This document shows, one piece after another, positions 43,872-54,812 of a DNA stretch of 64,000 nt. Source of the DNA: an uncultured Armatimonadetes bacterium (GTDB taxonomy: Bacteria > Armatimonadota > UBA5829 > DTJY01); contig OY970325.1 in assembly GCA_963717145.1 (NCBI GenBank), positions 3,520,001-3,584,000 of the forward strand, written 5' to 3'. Both the position numbers and the translations under genes were made by a program. The notes under the pieces are model-generated. The model searched no databases. It was not told where the DNA came from and saw only the letters and a program-made list of their open reading frames with translations. Every line of letters starts with the position of its first letter. Position 1 is the first letter of the stretch.

Positions 43872-44361
43872 GGCTCAAGCTCCCGGTCGGTTTCCTCGAC
43901 GCCTCCGCGAGGACTTGGTCGATCTTCTCCTCGGTCAGGTTGCCGACGATCTCGTCGTCGAGCATCATCACCGGCGCCTGCTCGCAGTGTCCCAGGCAGA
44001 CCGTCGGCAGCAGCGTGAACGTGCCGTCCTGCGTCGTCTGGCCGAGCTTGATGCCGAGCTTGCGCTCCAGGTAGTCCAGCACTCGTTCCTCGCCGGTCAG
44101 CCAGCAGCTCACGCTGTCGCAGACCAGGATCACGTGCTCGCCCACCGGCTTGGCGGAAGATCAGGTTGTAGAACGTCGCGACGCTGTCCAGCTCCGCGGG
44201 AGTCATCTCCAGCACCGACGCCAGGTCCGCGAGCGCCTCGTCGGACACGTACCGCTGATGCTCCTGGACGATCTTCAGCGCGTCGCACGCATCCCGACTG
44301 CCGAGTCGGCGAGGTCCTTCAGCTCTTCTTCGATTTCCTGTCTTTCGGCGTCGCTAAGCAT
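43870..44361 (-). CDS. nuoE: NADH-quinone oxidoreductase subunit E, frameshifted (3' end approximate)
   Basis: VATFYNLIFR, CDSVSC, VCLGHCEQAP. Confidence 0.88.
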
Positions 44362-44381
44362 CGGCTATCAGCTCCTCACGG

Positions 44382-46211
44382 TCAACGTCCTAGCGCACCT
44401 TCGGTCGCCGCGTCTCGCAGGCATAAAGCCTCGGCTACAATGCAGGTCGATGTCCATCGGTCTACGTCCCCCAGCACGTAGTCGAGGCTGCCCAGAATCG
44501 CGATGAGATCCGAGACCAGCAGCCCGCGCGAGAGCATCGGCAGCGTCTGCAAGTGCGGGAACGACGGCGTGCGGATGCGGCATCGGTACGGCCAGTTGCC
44601 GCCGTCACTGATTACATAATACCCATAGATCCCCTTGGGCGCCTCCGTCGATATCATGGCCTCACCCGCGGGCATCGGCTGTCCCCAGCTCACCGACAGG
44701 AAGTGGTTGATCAGCGTCTCGATGTCGACCATCGTCGATTCCTTGCGCGGCGGCATGGCGAGCGGGTGGTCGCTCTTGTACTCGCCCGTCGGGCATGTTC
44801 TCCGCCGCCTGCTCGACGATTCGCAGGCTCTGCCGCATCTCCTCGAGCCTCACGACGCATCGAGCGTAGCTGTCTCCCTCCGATCGCGGTGGGGACCTCG
44901 AAGTCGAACTGGTCGTAGGACGAGTAAGGCCGGCGTCTTGCGGAGGTCCCAGTCGAAGCCGGTCGCCCGCAGGTTCGGCCCGGTCACGCCCCACTCGATC
45001 GCCGATTCGGTGGAGTAGACGCCGACGCCCCCTGGTCCGCATCTTGAAGATTCGAGTTCCTGGCGAGCATCTTGTCGATATTCCGCAATCCGCGTCGGGA
45101 AGTAGCTCAGGAAATCGTCCACCAGGCCCTTCCAGCCCTCGGGCAGGTCGTCGGCAACTCCACCGATCCGGAACCATTCGGGGTGCATTCGACCGCCGCA
45201 GATCGCCTCGTATGATGTCGAATATCCGCTCGCGGTCGTTGAACGTGAAGAAGACGGGCGACATCGCGCCCAGGTCCGAGCCGAACGTGCCGAACCACAC
45301 GAGGTGGTTCGCGATCCGAAAGAGCTCGCAGAGCATCACGCGGATGACCTGCGCTCGTTCGGGGACTTCGATCCCGGCGAGCTTCTCGACCGTGAGCACA
45401 TACGGCAGGTTGTTCTGCACGCCGGAGAGGTAGTCGATCCGGTCGGTGTACGGGATGAACGTGTGGAACGTCTGGCGCTCAGCCATCTTCTCCGCGCCAC
45501 GGTGGTGCCAGCCGATGTCCACAACCGAGTCGACGATCTGCTCGCCGTCGAGCTGGAGGATGACCCGCAGTAGGCCGTGAGTCCCGGGGTGATGCGGCCC
45601 GAAGTTCAGAAACATGAGATCGGCGTCCCCCTGGGCGGAGCGAGAAACCGTACTCCTCCGGGCGAGCCTGCAGGTCGGTCTGCTCCTCCAGTTGCCTGCT
45701 CTCCGAGAGCGTGTACCCCTCCATCTCGGTCGCCCTGGACGGATGCTCCTTGCGCAGGGGATGGCCGACCCAACCCGGCGGCATCAGAATCCGGCGCAGG
45801 AACGGGTGACCGTCTACTCCGATCCCGAACATGTCCCAGATCTCCCGCTCGTACCAGTTCGCGTTCGGCCAGATATCGGTGATGGTCGGGATCGTCGGGT
45901 GCTCCCCCTGCAACGGCGTCTTCAGGCGGACGTCGCTGTTGCGCCCGAACGACAGCAGGTGGTAGACCACGCTGAAATCGCAGTGCGGCTGCTCGGGCGT
46001 CTCACGTCGAACGCGCTCGTCGATGGCGGTCAGGTCGTAGAGCATCTCGAATGGAGAAGGCGACTCGCCCTTGAGGTAGGTGAGCACGTCGCGCACATGT
46101 TTCGCGATCGATCCACAGGGTCGGCGTCCCGTCACGCGTGGCCTGGGAGGTGAAGTCGATCGCGGGGAAGCGCTGCCTCAACTCGTCTACGATTGGCTCC
46201 TGGACCGGCAT
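44382..46211 (-). CDS. nuoCD: Fused NADH-quinone oxidoreductase subunit C/D, frameshifted
   Basis: NuoC part ([22 protein letters not shown]) runs into NuoD part ([32 protein letters not shown]) without a separate gene start. Confidence 0.88.
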
Positions 46212-46214
46212 CGA

Positions 46215-46814
46215 TCAGACCTCCGTCATCGGCCGGATCTCCGTCGCAGAGCGCCGAACGTCTCGTTTGAGGTCACGCTGAGCCGGCATCTCGGCGCGTA
46301 CCACGCCTCCATCGCCGAGTACCCAGCTCAACGGTCGCTGCTCTGTGCCGATCGCCTTCTGAAGCAGCAGTAGACCCTCGAGGAACGCATCCGGTCGCGG
46401 CGGACAGCCGGGGATGTAGACATCCACGGGCAGGAACCGGTCCACGCCCTGCACCACGCTGTAGATATCGTACATTCCGCCGGAGTTCGCGCACGATCCC
46501 ATCGATATGACCCACCTCGGCTCCATCATCTGCTCGTAGAGTTGCTTGATGACGGGCGCGACCTTGATGAACACCGTCCCCGCAACTACCATCACATCGG
46601 CCTGTCTCGGGCTGGGCCGGATGACCTCGGAGCCGAAGCGGGCGATGTCGTACTTGCTGGTGAACGCGGTGGTCATCTCGACGAAGCAGCAGGACGTGCC
46701 GAACCCGAACGGCCAGACGGAATTCTTACGGCTCCATCCGATCAGGTCCTGCAGTCTGGCCATCACAAATCCGGCGCCGCCGCCCGGATCATTCGGCGTT
46801 GGTCTGATGCTCAC
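46215..46814 (-). CDS. nuoB: NADH-quinone oxidoreductase subunit B
   Basis: [32 protein letters not shown]. Confidence 0.95.
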   Translation of the reverse strand: MSIRPTPNDPGGGAGFVMARLQDLIGWSRKNSVWPFGFGTSCCFVEMTTAFTSKYDIARFGSEVIRPSPRQADVMVVAGTVFIKVAPVIKQLYEQMMEPRWVISMGSCANSGGMYDIYSVVQGVDRFLPVDVYIPGCPPRPDAFLEGLLLLQKAIGTEQRPLSWVLGDGGVVRAEMPAQRDLKRDVRRSATEIRPMTEV

Positions 46815-47271
46815 TTGCGATCTCCTTCGTAAGACGGCGAGGGGTGCGATATACGTCCAGGCCGCCGAGTCGCCATATATACACCAGTCCGGCGACCAGG
46901 ACCGCCACGAACAGGAGTATCTCGATGTAGCCGGCCCAGCTCAACTCGCGAAAGGCGACCGCCCACGCGAGGATGAAGGCAACTTCAACATCGAAGAGGA
47001 TGAAGAACAGTCCGACCAGGTAGTATTTCGCATCGTAACGCAGGCGGGATGAGCCTGTAGGCACGATCCCCGACTCGTAGGGTTCGTTGCGCTCCCTCGA
47101 TCTGTGCCGCTCGCCGAGGGCATACGAAAGTACGAGCATCGCGACGGCAATCAGCGCCACGATCCCGCCATATACGAGGACCGGCCATATCGAAGGATTA
47201 TGCACGGTGTTCACCACGGCTGGAATATCCGCCACGGGGCGGACGATATAGTATGCGCTGACTCCATCCAT
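46789..47271 (-). CDS. nuoA: NADH-quinone oxidoreductase subunit A (start uncertain)
   Basis: [28 protein letters not shown]. Confidence 0.92.
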   Translation of the reverse strand: MDGVSAYYIVRPVADIPAVVNTVHNPSIWPVLVYGGIVALIAVAMLVLSYALGERHRSRERNEPYESGIVPTGSSRLRYDAKYYLVGLFFILFDVEVAFILAWAVAFRELSWAGYIEILLFVAVLVAGLVYIWRLGGLDVYRTPRRLTKEIASEHQTNAE

Positions 47272-47350
47272 GCCACATTACCCGGTAATGGCACGCCATG
47301 AAACTCTACCGCACGACAGGCTAATGTTCAACGCGAACGCATCTAATCCT

Positions 47351-47451
47351 GTAGGAGGGATTTTCCGGGATGATTGTGCCCGGTAATCCCGAAGGTCGGC
47401 GCGTTGCGTTCGGGATTACCGGGCACAATCATCCCGGAAAATCCCTCCTAC
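47351..47451. repeat. Long inverted repeat (GTAG-type REP doublet)
   Basis: Perfect 43-bp arms: GTAGGAGGGATTTTCCGGGATGATTGTGCCCGGTAATCCCGAA and its reverse complement. Confidence 0.92.
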
Positions 47452-47556
47452 GCCGCTCTCGATAGGATGCGTTCGCCCTGGCTCATGTTTTGCGGCATCG
47501 AAGCAAGGGGAAAACCATTAGGCGAGCACTCCAAAATCCGCAGGGGGAAGCACATC

Positions 47557-49590
47557 ATGCCTGACGATCCGCATGGACTTGCCATCAATACTATCAGATT
47601 CCTCGCCGTCGACGCTGTCGAGAAGGCCAAATCGGGCCACCCCGGCACGCCGATGGGTGATGCCGAGATCGCATATGCGCTGTGGATGAACCACATGCGG
47701 TACAACCCGAAGAATCCCAAGTGGCCGAACCGGGACCGTTTCGTGCTGTCCGAGGGGCATGCTTCGATGCTGCAGTACGCTCTGCTTTACCTGACCGGAT
47801 ATGACCTGCCTCTCGAGCAGATCCAGCGGTTCCGGCAATTGGGAAGCCTGACGCCCGGCCACCCCGAGTATGGTGATACGCCCGGCATCGAGGCGACCAC
47901 CGGCCCGCTCGGCCAGGGATTCGGGATGGGAGTCGGGATGGCCATCGCGGAGAGGTACCTCCGCTCGTATTTCAACCGTCCGGGGCACACCATCGTCGAC
48001 TACCGTATCTACGAGATGTGCAGTGACGGCGACATGATGGAGGGCGTATCCTCGGAGGCCGCTTCACTCGCCGGGCATCTGAAGCTGAACAAGCTCATCT
48101 ACATCTACTCCGACAACCACATCTCCATCGAGGGGAACACCGACCTGGCGTTCAGCGAAGATGTCGGCAAGCGTTTCGAGGCATACGGCTGGTTCGTGCA
48201 GGAGATCGACGGCGAGGACGCGGGCCAAATCGCGGCGGCCATACGCGCGGCGGAGGATCAGACGAACGCCCCTTCACTCATCCGCGCGCGCACGCACATC
48301 GGCTACGGTAGCCCCGGAAAGCAGGATACCGGAGAGGCTCACGGCGAGCCGCTCGGCCCCGAAGAGGTCAAGCGAACCAAGGAAAACCTGGGCTGGCCGC
48401 TCGAGCCGGAGTTCTACGTACCGGACGAGGTACTGGCGCACACTCGGAGAATGATCGACCGCGGGCAGGAACTGGAACAGGAGTGGCAGCAGAGATTCGA
48501 TGCGTACGCCCGGGAGTATCCGGACCTGGCGGAGGAATGGCGCAGGGGAATGGAGGGCAAGCTCCCTCAGGATTGGCGGAAGAGCATCCCCGTAGTGGGC
48601 AAGCCCGGCGAAGAGATGGCGACTCGTGACGCCGGGGGAGTCGTCATGAACGCGATCGCGCCCGTGATGCCGTTCCTCATCGGTGGCGCGGGGGATCTAT
48701 CACCATCCACGAAGACATACCTCAAGGGATTTGGCGATTTCGAGGCCGATGAAACGGGCCGCAACCTGCATTTCGGCGTTCGCGAGCACGCGATGGGGAC
48801 GGCGCTGAACGGAATGGCGCTGACCAAGCCGATCATACCATTCGGCGCGACGTTCCTGATCTTCTCCGACTACATGCGGCCGTCGATACGGCTTGCGGCT
48901 CTGATGGGCGTACACGTGATCTACGCTCTCACGCACGACAGCGTGTTCCTCGGCGAGGATGGCCCGACCCATGAGCCGGTCGAGCACCTGGCGTCCCTGC
49001 GAGCGATGCCGAACATGACGGTCATCCGCCCGGCCGATGCCGGCGAAACTGCAGTCGCGTGGCGAATGGCGATCGAGCATCAGGGCGGGCCGGTAGCACT
49101 CATCCTCACCAGGCAGAAGTTGCCCGTGCTGGACCGCGAGCAGCTTGCTCCCGCTGAGCTGCTGGAGAAGGGCGCTTACGTGCTGTGGCAATCGGCGGAA
49201 GGCGTCCCGGACATCATCCTGATAGCGACTGGATCCGAGGTACACATTACGCTGGAGGGCGGGAAGCGTGTTGCCAAGGCCGGCCTGAAGGTCCGAGTGG
49301 TGAACATGCCGTGCTGGGAGTTTTTCGAGAAGCAGCCTCACGAGTACAGAGAGGAAGTGCTGCCGGCATCCGTCATTCCAAGACTCGCAGTGGAGGCCGC
49401 CGCGCCTATGGGGTGGCACAAGTACGTCGGGTCTTGCGGCGAGGTGCTGGGAATGACTCGCTTCGGGGAGTCAGCGCCCTATAAGGATCTGCAGAAGCAT
49501 TTCGGGTTCACCCCCGAGAATGTGGCGGATCGCGCCAGATCCGTCTACGAGCGAATCAGCAAAGAGAAAGGAGCCGCGATATGCGTGTAG
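47557..49590 (+). CDS. tkt: Transketolase
   Basis: [40 protein letters not shown]. Confidence 0.97.
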   Translation: MPDDPHGLAINTIRFLAVDAVEKAKSGHPGTPMGDAEIAYALWMNHMRYNPKNPKWPNRDRFVLSEGHASMLQYALLYLTGYDLPLEQIQRFRQLGSLTPGHPEYGDTPGIEATTGPLGQGFGMGVGMAIAERYLRSYFNRPGHTIVDYRIYEMCSDGDMMEGVSSEAASLAGHLKLNKLIYIYSDNHISIEGNTDLAFSEDVGKRFEAYGWFVQEIDGEDAGQIAAAIRAAEDQTNAPSLIRARTHIGYGSPGKQDTGEAHGEPLGPEEVKRTKENLGWPLEPEFYVPDEVLAHTRRMIDRGQELEQEWQQRFDAYAREYPDLAEEWRRGMEGKLPQDWRKSIPVVGKPGEEMATRDAGGVVMNAIAPVMPFLIGGAGDLSPSTKTYLKGFGDFEADETGRNLHFGVREHAMGTALNGMALTKPIIPFGATFLIFSDYMRPSIRLAALMGVHVIYALTHDSVFLGEDGPTHEPVEHLASLRAMPNMTVIRPADAGETAVAWRMAIEHQGGPVALILTRQKLPVLDREQLAPAELLEKGAYVLWQSAEGVPDIILIATGSEVHITLEGGKRVAKAGLKVRVVNMPCWEFFEKQPHEYREEVLPASVIPRLAVEAAAPMGWHKYVGSCGEVLGMTRFGESAPYKDLQKHFGFTPENVADRARSVYERISKEKGAAICV

Positions 49591-50036
49591 CGCTTGGCGC
49601 GGACCACGAGGGTTTCGATCTGAAGAACCAGATCGCCGAGATGCTCCGCCAGGACGGACATCAGGTCGATGACCTCGGCACGTGCAGCCCTGAACCGGTT
49701 GACTACCCCATCTACGCAAAAGCCGTGGGGGAGGCGGTCCGGAGCGGGACGGACACTCGAGGCATCCTCATCTGTGGGAGCGGCGTCGGCGTGACGGTTG
49801 CGGCGAATAAGCTCAGGGGCATCCGCGCGGGCCTCTGCCACGACGTTTTTTCGGCCCATCAGAGCGTCGAACATGACGATGTCAACGTCCTTTGTCTGGG
49901 GCCGAATGTGATAGGAACCAAGCTGGCGAAGGACCTGGTTCGCACGTGGTTGAACGCCAGGTTCACCGGTGAGGAGCGGCATGTGCGCCGCCTCGCCGAA
50001 GTCGCCGAGATCGAGAACATGGAGGTTAGAAGTTAG
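49581..50036 (+). CDS. rpiB: Ribose-5-phosphate isomerase B
   Basis: GADH.G, VDYP, CGSGVG, ANK, RH.RR. Confidence 0.95.
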   Translation: MRVALGADHEGFDLKNQIAEMLRQDGHQVDDLGTCSPEPVDYPIYAKAVGEAVRSGTDTRGILICGSGVGVTVAANKLRGIRAGLCHDVFSAHQSVEHDDVNVLCLGPNVIGTKLAKDLVRTWLNARFTGEERHVRRLAEVAEIENMEVRS

Positions 50037-51185
50037 ATGGTTACAGCAAATGTGAAGACAAATCCGCTGATCGAACTTCAGCAGGTTGGACAGAGTCCCT
50101 GGGTGGACAGCTTCAAGAGGGGATGGCTCACTTCCGGCGAGCTTCAGAGGATGATCAGGGAGGACGGCGCGCGCGGGGTGACCGTCAACCCGACCATCTT
50201 CGAGAAGGCGATATCCGGCAGCACGGATTACGACGATGCCATCCGCGAACTCGTGGCACAGGGAAAAGACTCCCAACAGGTATATGAGGCCCTGATGGTG
50301 CAGGACATCGGCATGGCTGCCGACCTCTTCCGTGAGGTGTACGACTCCGCCGATCGGTCGGACGGCTTCGTGAGCATCGAACTGCCGCCCAGCCTTTCGT
50401 ACGACACAGCCGGGACGATCAAGGAAGCCCACAGGTTCCGGTCGATGATCGACCGTGAGAACATCATGGTGAAGGTGCCCGGGACCGCGGAGGGAGTGCC
50501 CGCCGTGGAGGAGTTGACCTACGACGGGATCAACGTCAATATTACGCTGCTCTTCTCGATCGAGGACTATGAGAACGTGGCCTATGCGTACATCCGGGGA
50601 CTCGAACGCCGCCTCAGGGACGGCAAGCCTCTGAACAGCCTGGCTTCGGTTGCCAGCTTCTTCGTCAGCAGGATAGACAGCGCGGTCGATCAGCAGCTCG
50701 AGAAGATGATCTCCACGGAGACCGACCCGGATCGGCGATCGGAACTCGATTCACTCACAGGGAAATCCGCCATCGCAAACGCGAAGATCGCCTACCAGAG
50801 GTTCAAGGCTATCTTCTCCGAGCAGCGGTTCAAGGACCTGGAGCAGAAGGGCGCGCGAGTGCAGAAGGTCCTCTGGGCGAGCACCAGTACCAAGAGCCCC
50901 AAGTACCCGGACCTGTATTACGTCGAGAACCTGATCGGGCCTCAGACCGTCGACACGATGCCGCCGGACACCATTGCCGCCTTCAAGGACCACGGCCGGG
51001 TGCGCCTGACCATCGAAGAGAACCTCGATGAGGCAAACAGTGTTCTGCGCCGGCTGGGGGATGTGGGAATCGACTTCGCGGACGTCACCCACAAGCTTCA
51101 GGTCGAGGGAGTGGACAAGTTCCAGGCGTCCGTGGACCAGATGATGGCCGTTCTCGCGGCCAAACGGGATGCATCGGGAGGGTAG
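50037..51185 (+). CDS. tal: Transaldolase (long type)
   Basis: GQSPWVD, T.NPTIF, MVKVPGT, NITLLFS, ASFFVSRID, LWASTSTK. Confidence 0.95.
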   Translation: MVTANVKTNPLIELQQVGQSPWVDSFKRGWLTSGELQRMIREDGARGVTVNPTIFEKAISGSTDYDDAIRELVAQGKDSQQVYEALMVQDIGMAADLFREVYDSADRSDGFVSIELPPSLSYDTAGTIKEAHRFRSMIDRENIMVKVPGTAEGVPAVEELTYDGINVNITLLFSIEDYENVAYAYIRGLERRLRDGKPLNSLASVASFFVSRIDSAVDQQLEKMISTETDPDRRSELDSLTGKSAIANAKIAYQRFKAIFSEQRFKDLEQKGARVQKVLWASTSTKSPKYPDLYYVENLIGPQTVDTMPPDTIAAFKDHGRVRLTIEENLDEANSVLRRLGDVGIDFADVTHKLQVEGVDKFQASVDQMMAVLAAKRDASGG

Positions 51186-51188
51186 AGC

Positions 51189-52109
51189 ATGGAGATCGGC
51201 ATGGTCGGTTTGGGCCGCATGGGAGGCAACATGGCCCACAGACTGCACGACGCGGGACACGAGGTCGCGGGTTACGATGCCCGCCCTGAGACCGCCCGCG
51301 AATTCGAGGCCTGCCTGACGCGCGTCGCATCATCCCTGGAGCTTCTGGTGGATGGTCTCAAGGCGGCACGCGTGGTGTGGCTCATGGTGCCGGCGGGCGA
51401 GCCGACGGATGATGTGATCGCCAACCTGCTGACTCACATGTCCGCCGGCGACATCCTGATCGATGGGGGTAACTCGCACTTCAGGGACTCGATCCGCCAC
51501 GCCGAGGAGTCGTCACGCACGGGCGTCCGGTTTCTCGACATCGGGGTCAGCGGCGGGATATGGGGACTCAGGGAAGGTTACTGCCTGATGGCCGGTGGTG
51601 ACATCGAAGCGTTCAGGCAGGTCGAACCCATCTTGAAGGCACTCGCGCAGACTCAGGGCTATGCTCATGTCGGCCCGGCCGGGGCGGGTCATTACTCCAA
51701 GATGGTCCACAACGGCATCGAGTACGCGATGATGCAGGCGTACGGAGAAGGCTTCGAGGTGCTGAAGGCGTCGAGCTTCGATTTCGACCTTCAACAGCTT
51801 TCCGATCTGTGGATGCACGGAAGCGTGGTCAGGTCCTGGCTGCTCGAGTTGGCCGCGCGGTCGTTTGGCGAGGACCCCGATCTGAGCCGGATCAAGGGCT
51901 ATGTCGAGGATTCGGGAGAGGGGCGCTGGACGATCCATGAGGCGCTCGAGATGGGAGTGCCCGTGCCGGCAATGGCAGACTCGCTCTTCGCGCGCTTCAG
52001 GTCCCGTCAGAGTGAGTCCTTTTCGGCCAAGGTGATCGCCTCTCTTCGCCACCAGTTCGGCGGCCACGCGGTAGTTCGAGAGGATGACGGCGCGGACGGC
52101 GTCGCGTGA
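51189..52109 (+). CDS. gnd: 6-phosphogluconate dehydrogenase (short, decarboxylating)
   Basis: GLGRMG, IDGGNS, KMVHNGIEY, DSGEGRW, FGGH. Confidence 0.95.
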   Translation: MEIGMVGLGRMGGNMAHRLHDAGHEVAGYDARPETAREFEACLTRVASSLELLVDGLKAARVVWLMVPAGEPTDDVIANLLTHMSAGDILIDGGNSHFRDSIRHAEESSRTGVRFLDIGVSGGIWGLREGYCLMAGGDIEAFRQVEPILKALAQTQGYAHVGPAGAGHYSKMVHNGIEYAMMQAYGEGFEVLKASSFDFDLQQLSDLWMHGSVVRSWLLELAARSFGEDPDLSRIKGYVEDSGEGRWTIHEALEMGVPVPAMADSLFARFRSRQSESFSAKVIASLRHQFGGHAVVREDDGADGVA

Positions 52110-52116
52110 GGTGAAT

Positions 52117-53651
52117 ATGGCTGTCTCTAGTATCTCGGAAAACCCCTTCAGGGAGGGGCTTCTTCAGCACAAGCGGCGACCCGAGCCATCGGTGCTCGTG
52201 CTCTTCGGAGCATCGGGCGACCTGACTGAGCGGAAGATCATCCCGGCGTTCTACGAGTTGGAGAAGAGGAATCGCCTCCCGGACAGATTCGCCATTATCG
52301 GTTTTGCGCGGAGGGACTACTCCAGGGACCAGTTCCGCGACACGTTGCGAAAGTCACTCGACAAGTTCGTCCCCGCCGTGGACGCGAATGTCTGGTCCAA
52401 GCTGTCGGAGCGGCTGAACTACGTCTCCTCGGACTTCAACAGCGATGCCGGATACCAGGACCTCGGCACTATGCTTCAGCGACTTCACGACGATCTTCAT
52501 ACCGAGGGGAACACGATATTCTACCTGGCCAGCCCGCCCAGTTTTTTCCCCGCGATCGTCGAGCAGATCGACAGGGCCCAACTGACCCGGACGGAGGGCT
52601 GGAAGCGCATCGCCGTCGAGAAACCGTTCGGCCGGGACCTCCAATCGGCCCAGATCTGAACAACCTCATCGAAGGCGTCTTTGCCGAGTCGGACACTTAC
52701 CGAGTCGATCATTACCTGGGCAAGGATACCGTTCAGAACATCCTGGTATTCCGTTTCGCAAATGCGATCTTCGAGCCGATCTGGAACCGCCGATACGTCG
52801 ATCACGTGCAGATCACAACCGCGGAAACCCTGGGGGTCGAGACGCGCGGGAACTACTATGAGGAAGTCGGGGCGCTGCGGGACATGATCCAGAACCATGG
52901 TCTCCAGCTTCTCTCGCTGGTCGCCATGGAACCGCCCACTTCCTTCGAAGCGGATGCCGTGCGTGACGAGAAAGGGAAGGTGCTTCGTTCGATTCGTCTA
53001 TTCCCTCCAACAGAGGTCGACTCGCACGTCGCCAGAGGGCAATACGGCCCGGGATCCATCGAGGCGCGTGAGGTTCCCGGATATCGGCAGGAGTCGGACG
53101 TATCGCCGACATCGACGGTGGAGACATACGTCGCCGCCCGATTCTACGTGGACAACTGGCGGTGGCAGGATGTGCCCTTCTACGTCCGTACCGGCAAACG
53201 GCTCTCGAGGAAGAAGACCGAGATTGCCATTCAATTCAAGCCGGTCCCGCATGGGTTTCTCGGTCATGGATCATCCGAACGTCCGGCCCCGAACGTGCTC
53301 GTGATGCGTATTCAGCCGGATGAGGGAATCGCCGTGCGGGTGGGAACGAAATCGCCCGGACAGACGATGGCTCCACGACCCGTCGATCTCGATTTCCGCT
53401 ACCTGTCGTCACTGGGAGTTGTGCCTCCCGACGAGTACGAGACCCTCCTGCTGGACTGCATGCTCGGCGATCAGGTGCTCTTCGCCCGACGTGATGGTGT
53501 GGAGGCTCAATGGGCAGTGGTCGCGCCGATTGTGCAGGGCTGGGGACTATCGCCGGCGCCTGACTTCCCCAACTACAGGGCCGGCACATGGGGTCCGGCG
53601 GCATCCGACGCGCTGTTGGAACGAGAGGGACACAGATGGCGAAGACTCTAG
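52117..53651 (+). CDS. zwf: Glucose-6-phosphate dehydrogenase, frameshift near 52655
   Basis: FGASGDL, EKPFG, then RVDHYLGK and RDMIQNH, RTGKR in the next frame. Confidence 0.93.
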
Positions 53652-53661
53652 GAGAATCACC

Positions 53662-54795
53662 ATGAGCATGGCAGACGAGGCACAGATCGAACAGGTGTCA
53701 GTACCTTCGGACCTGAAGCTCTCCGATATCGAGAAGGGCTTCTCCGCACTCTGGAACAAAACGGCCGGCGAAGCGGGCGAGACGGCGGTGACTCGCGTCT
53801 GCACGATGAGCCTGATAGTCCACCTGCCGGGAAGATCATCTCTGGATCCGGCGATGGATGCCGTCAGGGTGGCCTCACTGGAGCATCCACTTCGCGCGGT
53901 CTTCCTGCTTGCCGAACCGGGGGAAACCGACATCAAGGGAAACATATCCGGATACTGCCAGGTAGCGCAGGGAGGAGATTTGCAGGTCTGCTGCGAGGAG
54001 ATAGTGCTCACCGCTACCGGCGAGGCTGCGCAGAACCTGCCGTCAGCCGCGATCGACCTGCTGGTGCCCGATCTGCCGGTTGCGCTCTGGTGGGTGGGAG
54101 AGCCTCAGTTCGGGACTGAGATGATGGACAGGTTGCGATCCGTCTCCGATAACCTGATCGTGGATTCCCATGACTTCGCGGATGCCCTTCGCGACATGAA
54201 GCAACTCGCCGCGAACATCGGAAGACAGCCGCATGCGGGTGTAAGCGACGTGAACTGGTCACGAATCACTCAGTGGAGAGAGCAGGTGGCGGACCTTTTC
54301 GACGATCCCACGGCTCGGAGCCACATCGGCCGGATCGAGAGCCTGCACATAGACTACGCCGGAGATACCGATCCCTCACAGGCGATCCTTTTCGCCGGCT
54401 GGTTCGGGGAAAGGCTCGACTGGTCTCGCTCGAGCGGGCCGGGCGACATGGGTGGAGGGAAGTTCGCTTCAGTGGTCACGAATACCTCCAGGAAAGAGAT
54501 CGAGCTGAAGATCAGTCCCACCGGCCTCCGACAGGTCGCGGAGGGCAACATCGTTGCAGTCGAGATCGAGGCGGGCGATGGCGCTTTCACGTTCCGCGTC
54601 GCGAGCGAGGATGAGCGGATGCGGCTGGAGGTCCGTGCCCAGGCCGAGGGAATGAATCCAGTGCACAGGACGTCCGCTCTCGAGGCGCAACGTCTCGGGG
54701 TTCTCCTCGGCCAGGAGATCGAGCAGTTCGGCCTCGGCATCTCGTACGCAGAGACGCTCCGCGCGGGATTGGCCTACGTGGACCGCGCGCCCTGA
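53662..54795 (+). CDS. opcA: G6PD assembly/effector protein OpcA
   Basis: Follows zwf; HP.R, VCCEEI, PDLPVALWW, DVNWSRITQWR. Confidence 0.88.
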   Translation: MSMADEAQIEQVSVPSDLKLSDIEKGFSALWNKTAGEAGETAVTRVCTMSLIVHLPGRSSLDPAMDAVRVASLEHPLRAVFLLAEPGETDIKGNISGYCQVAQGGDLQVCCEEIVLTATGEAAQNLPSAAIDLLVPDLPVALWWVGEPQFGTEMMDRLRSVSDNLIVDSHDFADALRDMKQLAANIGRQPHAGVSDVNWSRITQWREQVADLFDDPTARSHIGRIESLHIDYAGDTDPSQAILFAGWFGERLDWSRSSGPGDMGGGKFASVVTNTSRKEIELKISPTGLRQVAEGNIVAVEIEAGDGAFTFRVASEDERMRLEVRAQAEGMNPVHRTSALEAQRLGVLLGQEIEQFGLGISYAETLRAGLAYVDRAP

Positions 54796-54812
54796 CCCGC
54801 TCTCGGGCGGGC

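Noticed and set aside
37880-46150. Pseudogenisation or programmed frameshifting of the nuo operon
   Set aside because: The scattered small indels leave motifs intact, cluster regionally and lack consistent slippery sites. Similar lesions occur in GH127, glcD and zwf. Most likely sequencing or assembly errors; reads are needed to confirm.
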